64,000 bases of DNA from Vermamoeba vermiformis (lineage: Eukaryota): assembly GCA_045837725.1 (NCBI GenBank), contig JBEWZL010000263.1, positions 62,001 to 126,000 of the forward strand, read 5' to 3'. The notes under the pieces were generated by a model. That model made no database searches and had not been told where the DNA came from. It was given only the letters and a program-made list of their open reading frames with translations. This document shows positions 54,418 to 64,000 of this stretch, in pieces. Each line of letters opens with the position of its first letter. Within the stretch, counting starts at the first letter, position 1. A program made the translations under genes and the position numbers.

Positions 54418-57081
54418 ATGAATAATTGGGGCTCATTTACGAATCTGCTCACCAAGACCATTCAATCCGCTGAGCGCTCCTTAGACAAGGTTTTTGAGGC
54501 AGATCCAGCCAATAAAAATTCATCAAATACACCAGGTACGTAGACGATAGTGTCGTTGTAGCTGTGCAGACACTACAAGTCGAATTGGAGCGGTGTCAAA
54601 TTAATTTAATTATTAAAATTTCAGAAAAACCAGCCAATCAGAGCACAGCACCGAGCACGACCAGCGCGACTGGAAATAGCAATAATAACAACAATAATAA
54701 CAATAATAATGCTGAAAGTACTGGCACTCAACCTTCCGTTCAACTCCCAGCAGTAGAGTCAGTGTCCAATACTACGCCCCCCAGCACTACTGCGAGCAGT
54801 GCGGCACACGAGAGCTCTGCGGTGAATACTAACGACAGTAACAGCTCTGGCAGTACTAGCACTGATGTTACTACTGCGGCTAATAACAGCACTGACGCGA
54901 CAACTGTCACCGAGACCGAGACTAAAAATAGCACTGCTGAAGTTCCAGCACCATTACCAAATAAGGAAAGTGCCTCTGACGCAGAACTGCGCGCACAGCT
55001 CTCACTCGCCGAGTCCAAACTCCACGCCGCGAGTGTCATCCTGGCTGAGCGTGAACGTCAACTCGAGGCCCGCAGCGAAGAACAGGCACGTGACTACAAT
55101 CTATTATTAGTACTTTTCTTTATTTGGCAAGTGATTAACACGGTTCACAGAGTCGGTTGCAGCGCGAGAATGAATTGTTGCGCACAACACTGACGCAACA
55201 GCGCGGTGCAGATGGGCTGATGACATTTGACAGTTTGACAGCTGAATTCTCGCAAAGATTGGGCTCTCTCGAACGAAAACTCCGCGATGTGACACGTGAG
55301 CGCGATGCCCTTAAAAGGCAAGCGAGTCAACCAACTCCGCAAGTGACACCTGCCACCACGAGTGTCGCACCAGCTGACAGTGCCCTGGTTGAGAAATTGA
55401 AGCAAGACAATCACGAACTAAAACAGGAAGGTCTAAAATTAGCGCGAGATCTCGGAGATCGTGAAAAACAGCTCAAAAAACTCCGCGCACAGTCCACCGA
55501 AGATCAGCGCGAGATTCGTTCACTGAAAGAGAAACTTGCCAGCACGGAGAGTGCGCTGAGCAAGACAGCGGAGAAATTGAGTGCAGCGGAACAACTGACT
55601 GCCAAGTACGAGTCCACGATCGACGAATTCAAGTCCATCACGCAGCAGACTGCGCGCCAATTCGAAGAAAAAGAGAAAGTGTCAAACACTGCCCTCGACC
55701 AACTCGCGGACCTCAAACACGCCCTCGAATCTGCCTGGCGAGAGGTGGCTGAGGAGCGCAAGAAGAACGAAGAACTGCAAAGATCACATCGCAGTGCCCT
55801 GGTAGAATTGGAGCAAAGATTGAAAGATGAACTGGCACGTGATAAGCGCGAGCACGTGACGGAACTGGCGCGTCAAGAGCAGCAGTGGCGCGGGACTGTG
55901 GAACAACTGCGTGAAAGTCTCGCGCTGGCACGTGACAGCAGCGGAGAATTGGCGGAGAATTATCAGAGGGAGATTACAGAGGAGCGGAACAAAGTGCTAA
56001 AATTGGAACAAGAACTCCGTGAAGCACAGAGTTTGACACTTGACAGCACCAAGCCGCTGCTGCGCGAAGTACAACAGCTGCAAACACGACTGCAACAACT
56101 GCAAACACAGCACGTGACTGCTGAGGACCAGTGGCGTGCACGTGTTGCGAGTGAAGAACAGCGTGCAGTGACAGCTGTCAACGAGTCACGTGACTGGCAG
56201 AACAAAGTGCTTGATTTGGTAAGTGGCACTCATCCGTTCCTGAATCATTGTTTGACACGTGTCAACAGCGCAAACAAGTCGCAGCCCTGGAAAGTGCCCT
56301 GGAGAGCGAACGACAGCAACACCGTGCGACAGCATTGACTAATAAGGAAATGCGTGCCACCGAAGAGCAATTGCGAGATCAGATCTCGCTGCTGAGCACC
56401 GAACGTCACGGCCCTGAAAGTAGGTCACGTGATCGATGCTGTGTTGTACTGACGCTCTATTTTTAGCGCACCATCGATGCGATGCAGAGTGACGCGACTA
56501 AAAAAGAAACAGAGCTGAATCACGTGATTGCCGCGCAGAAGATGAAGCTCGATGATCTCGCGACACAGCTCGCTGAACAACGGCAATTATTGACCATGCA
56601 GTCTGCGACTATAAATAGCACGTCGCAGCCTAGTCCGAGTCTGTCACGTGCTCCATCACGTGCGGAATTACCCGCGGTGCCAGTGAGTGACACGTGGCCC
56701 CATGCGCACACGATGGAGAAGCTAAAATTAGCCGCACAACAGCGCGACTTGGAGGTGCAAAGATTGCAAACTGAACTGACCAATCAGCGCGCAGAGAATG
56801 CACGGCTGAGTGATCACGTGCTCGCCCTCAGCGCGGAACTCGACGCCCTCAAGCGCGAGAACAGTGCACTGAAGCAAGGTGAGTCACGTGTCAAAGATCT
56901 CGAGACGCGCTATCTGGCCGCACTGGAGATGTTGGGCGAGAAGAGTGAGCGCGTGGAGGAGATGAGCGGTGATCTGAGTGAGTTCAAGCGCCTGTACAAG
57001 CAGCAGATCAACGCGCTGTGTGGCCAGGTCGAGGAACTGACGCGACGGAACCGCGAGCTCGAGAACCGACTCAAGGCCTAG
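54418..57081 (+). CDS. TMF1: Golgin TMF1/Sgm1
   Basis: N-terminal WGSF...AERSLDKV, long coiled coil with EGLKLA, and C-terminal RYLAALEMLGEKSERVEEM..DL...K.LYKQQI. Confidence 0.88.
54681..54710 (+). repeat. AAT/AAC microsatellite encoding poly-Asn
   Basis: aataataacaacaataataacaataataat inside a TMF1 exon. Confidence 0.8.
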
Positions 57082-57283
57082 TGTTCAGTGGCGTGATGTA
57101 CATAAATGGAAATCTTAACTGTGATCACGTGCTTGTTCTATATTTAGCCACAGCAGAGATTCTGTCGCGCATTTAATTGCATTTATCAACGGCCATTGAA
57201 TACACGAATACTGTAACATATATTCATCCCTATTCGGTGTATTTCATTGAGTTAACAAGCAACGGAGCAGATCTGATCTCAAA

Positions 57284-59361
57284 ATGGCTGAAGAAACACC
57301 AAAAAATCAACCACAAAATGAAGGAAAATTCTGGAATGTATTATGGAGCTATTTGAAGTCAGATCAGAGTGAAAGCGATGATAAAAATAATTCCAATCAA
57401 AAATCAACTCGATCCAAAAAGAAATCTAGTAAAGTCAATTTCTCGCCTTCAATGCGTCAACGAGACCCTCAAATATTCGATACACCACACACTATACACA
57501 CAGTGACACTAGCGCTGTGGGACAACATCAGTGGCCCTCGTGTAGAACAGTTGTGGACCACACCAGATGTGCATCGACGACTCGCCGAGAACAAACAGCG
57601 CGCAGAACTGCCGGACATGAGCACCGATATGAGTACTGATATGAGTACTGATCTGGGCACTGATGCGACGAGTGACATCAACACAACTAACGACAACAAC
57701 ACGGACGCGAGCACGGAGCCCGACGAGGAGCGGCAGTTGCGCGTGTTGGAGCTGATCGAGCACGTGCCGCGCTATGCCCTGGGCGGCGAGGTGTGGAGTG
57801 ACAGCGATGAACTCACTGCGGTGACACGTGTCACTCTCCGACCTGGCGCTGCGGTGCCCTCCACACGTCCCTCCAGTCGCAAATTTGCAGTTGTTCGTTC
57901 AGTGAAAAGTCAGCACGTGCCACACCACAGTACACGTGATTTGACAGGTGTCACCGCAGAGGTCACTGACGAGACAGCAGTGGACAACAGACCTGTCACC
58001 ACTTTGGCACCTGTCACTCAGCCACCCGCACCACAGTCCACGCCACTGCGCCGGAAAATTCATCTGTTCAGTGAAATAGACACTGCCGTGCTGTCGTGTG
58101 TGTTCCGCACGCATTCAGTGAACGGCGAAGGTGTCGGCACGGACTGCGCGCTGTCACTGTTCTTTGACAGCTGTCATTTGACGACTTTCAACACGTGGCA
58201 GCACGTGCTATACGATCGATTGCAAGAATTGATTCACACGCACGTGACACTGATCAGCAGTGGGGCCCTGGTAGACACAGCCCTGGTGATTCTCAACACC
58301 GATCTGCGCGCTATTTTGAGCTACATGGACGAGCTATTTTTAGCCTCTTCACTGAACCGCGATCACGTGCCACACATCAGTCGATCCCTGCTCGTGGACA
58401 AGACGATCGATCAAGATCTGCTCGCGAGGTACGTACTTGCCTAATTAGGAAAGTGTCGCTGATCAGGTGCAGAGCCATCACGTCACATCTGCAAACACAC
58501 GGCGCGTCCATTGTGGTGGGCAGTGACGCTACACAAGTGGCACTCTGGCTCGAGACACTGGCACTGTTCACACGCCGTGAAGACCGCGCGAAGACAGCTG
58601 TCAACATGACACCTGTCAATGGCTCGCCTGTCACACGCCGTTACGTGCCAGATCTGCTCTTGCAGGGCATCATCAGCAACGATCCAGTACGTGTGACTAT
58701 TTCCTTTTATGGCAATGCTGATCTGCATGCAGGACCAAATCACCGACGAGCACGTGATCCAGTCAATGACACCTGCCACCCTGATCGATCTGACACGTCA
58801 GCAAGTCAAGCAGACACATCTCTTTCATGAATACGCAGTGCTGAGACGCGAGTGGTTGCGCGCCAAGCTCGACAAGGCGCTATTAATAGCCACCAATGCC
58901 GCGCAGACCCCCAAGCTGAACAACCTCTGGCACGCGCGCGAGTCCTTGTTCGTGCAGGTACGCGTGGCAGCACCGCTCGTCGTGCGACTGTTGAAAGAGC
59001 TCTTCTTGCTGCCCACTCGCCACTTGCGCGCAGCTCATTTGCACCACTACACCACGTGGCTGGACAAGCGCGCGATGCTGCTGATCCACTACGTGAGTGG
59101 ACTGATGGCACGCCAGCCCCTGATGACGCACTTGACGGACCCCTCGCTGATCAAGCGCATTCGCACTGACCTCGAACTGCTGCACGATGTGGACTACTCG
59201 CTGATCCTGGCACGTGCGGAGATGATCAGCCCTGGCATATACGTCACACTCACTGGTGATCCGGGCGACATTGAGGAGAAGATTGTAAGTCGCAGTAGTG
59301 GTGGTTTCGATTGTGTACCTAACTATTTTATGTGCAGATCCGACTGTTTGAGAGCTTTTAA
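57284..59361 (+). CDS. C9orf72: C9orf72-like DENN-domain protein
   Basis: LALWDNISGPRV, AITSHLQTHGASIVVGSD, YVPDLLLQG and LARAEMISPG; 4 exons. Confidence 0.88.
57614..57664 (+). repeat. 12-bp coding tandem repeat (DMST x3, DLGT)
   Basis: gacatgagcacc-gatatgagtact-gatatgagtact-gatctgggcact-gat. Confidence 0.8.
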
Positions 59362-59422
59362 GATACGCGTAGCTGATTGGTCAGTTGTATTGTAACATAA
59401 ACATGTACATATTTGGATTTAT

Positions 59423-61742
59423 TTACACGAGCACGTGACACACGCTCAATTCCACCAACTGCACGTGTTGTGGACTGTCAATGTTGCGCACCTCGAATTG
59501 ACACTCGGCTTTGGTGTCAAGTGTCAACAAGTGATCTGCACTCACGAATCCCAAGCCTGTCACGTGACCAGTGTGCAGATCGATCTGTTGATCGGTGGTC
59601 ACGAATCCGATCAGCTGAGATTTCACGTAGATTTCACATCCCCAGCGAGTCTTGGCACCAGTGACCCACACGGGGATCAGTCCACCAGGGCTGTTGCGGA
59701 ACAATTCTGAGCGTGCAGCGACCAAGTCCAGCACGTGCGTGAGTGAGGTGTGTTCGCGGAATATCCAGCCACGTGATGTCACTCGCGACCAGTCGATCAT
59801 GAAAGGCGAGTCAATGCCTAATTTGGTATAGTTCAATCGCTTGGAGGCCGGCTTAGCTGACCACGTGCCAGCCCGATCTACCAGGGCCTGCACTGCATAG
59901 CCCCAATAGGCACTGGTGTCAATCGCATGACAGGGGAATGACGCGCTGAGATCACGTGACTGACGAATTGAATTCCGTTGCAGCCAGTCAATGACACGCG
60001 CATGACCGCTGTGAATGAGCGCGTGCCAAAAATGGAAAGCGTAATCACGTGGTCCGACAATTAGCCAGCCATCATGCACTGCTCGCACCAAATTAAGTTC
60101 GATTGTTGAGGCTAAAAATAGCTCTTGCAGCCACGCAATATCTCCTGAATTCTTTTTGCTGTTGAGGGTGCCTGTTGACACGTTGACACCTGTCGCACGT
60201 GGATTGAGTGACACAGGATGATGTTGCGCAATCATGTCCAAATTAGTCAAAGTCTCTACGAGCACGTGCATGTCAATCGGTGTGCTGTCGCGGGACTGAT
60301 TCATGAACGCAAGCCTCGGATCACGTGATTTGACACCAATTGCAGTGCCGTACGGTAGGAGCCCTGGTCGAGAACTGAGCACGTGACGGAGTTGTTGCGT
60401 GTCATCGACCAGGGTCAGCGCATTGACCAGAGCTTGACCAGCGTGGGGTCCTGTCAGTTCAAACAGGAATAAATCTCGTGCTGTCTCCACTTTGACATTT
60501 TGACACTCTTTGACTGCCAGGTTGATCACGTGATCGACCACTTGACACGTGACACGCGGTGTGATCAGCAGCAGCACGTGTTCTGCGAGTCCGTGTTGCC
60601 AAATATAGCGCACAGGCGCCACTGCACCGTACGGATAGTCTGATTTCCTTTTATAGATATAGCCCTGTCCTGCTGCTCGCTGATTGGTTGTTGAGACGTG
60701 TACTAATAAGGAAAAGAGTTGTTCGAGAGGTGCCACCTCCGTGCAAGTCAGTCGAATCACGTGCTCGTATGACGTGTCAAACAGTGTGACACCTGTCATG
60801 TCTGCGCGGTACACTGAACGACTGCCCTTGTCGTGACGGCTGAACGGCACTTTCCATGTTTGGTAAGTGGTGGCTGGCACGAGATCAGCGGGGAGATTGT
60901 GATTGAAGACGGAACACTCCAAGTGACACGTGTCAATCAGTGACCACAACGCAGAGGCAAGTGTCATCATGCAGCGCTTGCTGTACCAGAAGTGCGTTTG
61001 AACACGTGACACCTGCACATTCACTGAACGGTACACGCTGTCAGGGATGTCACGTGCTGTCAACAGTGCAGTGCAGTGTTTGACACCGTGCTGTCCAATG
61101 CACTGCCACACCCACAGCAGATCCACCACGCGCAAATCACGTGCTTGACTCCACGCCACGTCACCGCGCTGCAGTGCTGTCACGTGATCGCGTCGTTTCT
61201 CGCGCCGATATTGCCGACGCTTCTGCTTGCCTTTATTGGCAGGTGGCACGTGCTCTTCATCGTCCTCTGCGGGTGCCTCGCTGTCACGTGCTTCGTTCTT
61301 GCTGTTATCGATCTCCTGTTTGGCGCGCAGCCGCAGATCACGTGATGCACGCACCTTATATGGATTGTGACTCGCTGCTCGACGACGGAGATTTCGCGCC
61401 ACGAGCTGATGCGCGCGCTTGGGGGGAGCGCGTCGGGGCTGATCATCGCGCGACTGCATTGGCGTGAGTGCTAAGAACTCGACCTCTGCCTTGCGTGCCT
61501 CGTAGAGGGATTTGATCGACAGCCGCGTGGGCGTCGAGATGTGGGCTTGCGGGGACTTGTCTGCACGGGACTGAATAATTATGGGAATCAGTGGGTCTCG
61601 ATTGAAATTATCGGCACCATAAATATTAATTCAAAGAAGAGTATTTGAATTTTTGCTGAATATTTTAATGTTAGTTGGATCTGATCACTTGCAACAGATC
61701 CACCATTCAAAAAGTGAGCGTTGGAATGATTATTACCTCCAT
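59423..61742 (-). CDS. POP1: RNase P/MRP subunit POP1 (divergent)
   Basis: LRRRAASHN, THFWYSKR, FELTGP and POPLD-like FHFWHAL...FP...W..KP.SKRLNY.KLG..SPF..DW. Putative ATG-GAG mini first exon at 61742. Confidence 0.85.
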
Positions 61743-61789
61743 TTGACTACCAATACACTACCACAACACTACTCGTGTGGTGCTCGTGT

Positions 61790-62908
61790 TCACAAAAACT
61801 GAGTTTTATTGGCGCGCAACAAGTGCTGCGTGAGGTCGCGTACACGGCGCTTGAGATAGCAGTTCTGCTGAAACAGGCGCTGAATGGTGCGCTGCTTGGG
61901 CGTGCTGACGTCATCATCTTCATCTGCTGCTGCGGGGGGCACGGGGGGCGAGAGCGGCGAGGACTGGTGATCACGTGCCATGCTCTCAATCACGTGCCAC
62001 TTGAAGGTGCTGGGCGGTGTGTTGTCGCTGTCGTTCACTGAATCAGCACTGTCATTCACTGAACCAACACTGCTGTCACGTGTCACTGACTTCTGATTGG
62101 TCGACTGAGCACGTGTACTCGGGTGCGGAGTGGCACTGTGACACGTGGACCAGCCATTGGTCAGTATCATCGGTGAGCTGTCAATCTGCAGCTCTGACGA
62201 GTGACACGTGTCATCGTCCAGTCGCAACTTGTCTGGGTGAAGTCGCTGCGGGATGTCACGCGTCAGTTCGCACCCTGGCGTGCTGCCTGCAAACATGACA
62301 CGTGACCGAGTGCACGGTGTGACAGGTGTTTCATGAACGACAGCATTTGACACGTTGACAGCGCTCACTGGCTGTTGCTCGTGATTGACACTCGAGACAG
62401 GTCTCTTGTTGACACGGTGAGTGCCGCGCTGGTGCAGCAGTTGTTGCTGTTCAGTGATGTACTTGGTCTTATTGCCTAATATGGTGCGTGCTGTCTCGCT
62501 GCGATGGGATTTCGGCTCGCGTTTGACAGTACGATGCGGATTGTTCCGTTGCTCGTGCACGCGGTGCTCATCGAGTCGTGTGTGTCGTGCAGTGCGAGCA
62601 CGTGGTCGCGGTGACTGCGTGCTGTCAATGTCCTCCACGTGCTCGTTCGGAGCATTCAGCGCTTCGAAGGCTAGCTGGTGCAAGTGTTGCGCCAGGGGAT
62701 TGTCTGATATAGCGTGTGGTACGTATATATCGCCACTTGCACTGGCATATTTGCGGCTGGGTATTACGCGGTGTTCTTGCTTCGGACGTCGTTTTCGAAC
62801 AAAATCCAGAGAGAGCGTCTTGCCGTTGATGCACGGCTGAATATTCTTGGTACCAGAGGTGCCTAATAAACTCGATACAAATTTTCGATGCGCCTTATTC
62901 GTACTCAT
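61790..62908 (-). CDS. Hypothetical low-complexity protein with C-terminal coiled coil
   Basis: Long open frame (track 61790-62950), first ATG about 62908; no recognisable domain. Confidence 0.55.
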   Translation of the reverse strand: MSTNKAHRKFVSSLLGTSGTKNIQPCINGKTLSLDFVRKRRPKQEHRVIPSRKYASASGDIYVPHAISDNPLAQHLHQLAFEALNAPNEHVEDIDSTQSPRPRARTARHTRLDEHRVHEQRNNPHRTVKREPKSHRSETARTILGNKTKYITEQQQLLHQRGTHRVNKRPVSSVNHEQQPVSAVNVSNAVVHETPVTPCTRSRVMFAGSTPGCELTRDIPQRLHPDKLRLDDDTCHSSELQIDSSPMILTNGWSTCHSATPHPSTRAQSTNQKSVTRDSSVGSVNDSADSVNDSDNTPPSTFKWHVIESMARDHQSSPLSPPVPPAAADEDDDVSTPKQRTIQRLFQQNCYLKRRVRDLTQHLLRANKTQFL

Positions 62909-62985
62909 GGCTTGTGGTGTTGTGTCGCGCAAATGGCGTGTGAAAAACAAATTGCGCAGAATTTCTTAGAAATCATCTGTTTGAA

Positions 62986-62997
62986 TTTGGCGCGAAA
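62986..62997. promoter_or_regulatory. E2F-like dual site TTTGGCGCGAAA
   Basis: Matches TTTSSCGC on both strands; lies in the divergent promoter region between ORF 62908(-) and ORF 63321(+). Confidence 0.4.
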
Positions 62998-63320
62998 CAG
63001 TGCCCACAGCTCTACCACACTGTATTGCCACAGACAGCATTAGATAATCAATATGGTAGGATGCACACGCGCAACTAGCGTGATATGCGTATCAGATCGC
63101 CATACTATTGCCTAATTAATGCACTACTAATCACCCTATTATCGCCGACTAGTGGCGTCAAGTCAACAAGCTAGCTGCTGCCACTGTGAGTTCACTGCGT
63201 GCTCCCATCCGCAGTACGCTTGCATCTCTCTTCGCTTCACGCGCATCACCGATTAAAAAACGAAACATAGTCATCAATAATATTACCAATATTGTACATA
63301 ACAGCAGACAATATTCAGAG

Positions 63321-64000
63321 ATGAAGGCAAATGATCCGCGTCGGATCTTGCTCGATCTCGAAGCAGAAATAGAGCGCGAACGAGAGGAGTGGCGCCGTGA
63401 CCCCGAAGAGCAGCCGAATGAGTCGCGCTGGCGCAGGTACTGGCGACACGTGCGTCGATTTGCGCGTGCCCACGACCACCAACTGACCCACGTGCTGCTG
63501 GCGTGCGTGATCCTGGGCCTGGCACTGCGCCTGAGCAGCGTGGAGACGCGCCACGACGAGGAGGTGGAGACACTGCGCGCACTGCTGATGACACTGCTGG
63601 CCCTGGTGGAGGAGCAGTCCGTGCAGCACCAACTCGCGGTGAATGCTGAGCTGCAGGAACAGTTGACAGCTGTCACGACACGTGTCACTCAGCTGTCGGC
63701 ACTCAACAAGCAGCAGTTGACGCAGTTGTCACGTGATCTGCTGCTATTAATAGCTCAGCTGCAGGCACAGCTCAACCACGCCACACAACACGCGCACCAT
63801 TCACTGAACACCACCAGTCACGTGATCGCACAGCTCAATCACGTGCTCGACACGCGCAACAAACGACGCAGCGCCAAAAATAGCACGGACAACAATAATA
63901 GCAGTGCTGCGGCTAATAATAGCACCGCAGAGATCAGCGGAACAATTCCCAGCAGCGCACCGACCCCCGCACCAAATGTGGCAAAGAGCGAGGACGGGCG
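63321..64000 (+). CDS. Hypothetical single-pass membrane/coiled-coil protein, runs off the window
   Basis: Open frame MKANDPRR...VLLACVILGLAL (TM) followed by a Gln/Leu-rich coiled coil; no stop before 64000. Confidence 0.6.
   Translation, partial: MKANDPRRILLDLEAEIEREREEWRRDPEEQPNESRWRRYWRHVRRFARAHDHQLTHVLLACVILGLALRLSSVETRHDEEVETLRALLMTLLALVEEQSVQHQLAVNAELQEQLTAVTTRVTQLSALNKQQLTQLSRDLLLLIAQLQAQLNHATQHAHHSLNTTSHVIAQLNHVLDTRNKRRSAKNSTDNNNSSAAANNSTAEISGTIPSSAPTPAPNVAKSEDG

Noticed and set aside
40000-64000. CRISPR array or MITE family as the source of the recurring palindromes
   Set aside because: Spacing is irregular, words are 12 bp or shorter, flanks are unrelated, there are no target-site duplications, and reading frames are intact.

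Overview
Gene-dense eukaryotic (protist, probably amoeboid/amoebozoan-like) nuclear DNA with many short GT-AG introns and the standard genetic code. About 31 protein-coding genes can be reconstructed. They include a PrmB-like methyltransferase, a SAM-SAM-GTPase-RING-patatin protein, RRP7, a RasGEF-RGS, MZT1, RAD51D, dienelactone hydrolase, APRT, a Vps41-like protein, a UBC4-type E2, tRNA dimethylallyltransferase, a PP2C, a GOST 7TM protein, condensin CAP-G fused to a BRCT domain, an RCC1-like protein, PPIL3, a DUSP, a RhoGEF, STRIP/Far11, glycerol kinase, TMF1, C9orf72 and POP1. No rRNA, tRNA, CRISPR array or transposon could be supported. The most striking unexplained signal is compositional. 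From about 40 kb to the window end, exons as well as introns become saturated with four transcription-factor-like words that are rare in the first 40 kb: CACGTG, TGACANNTGTCA, MADS-type CC(A/T)6GG / CTA(A/T)4TAG, and GCCCTGGT. Exon boundaries and motif counts were done by eye and are approximate.
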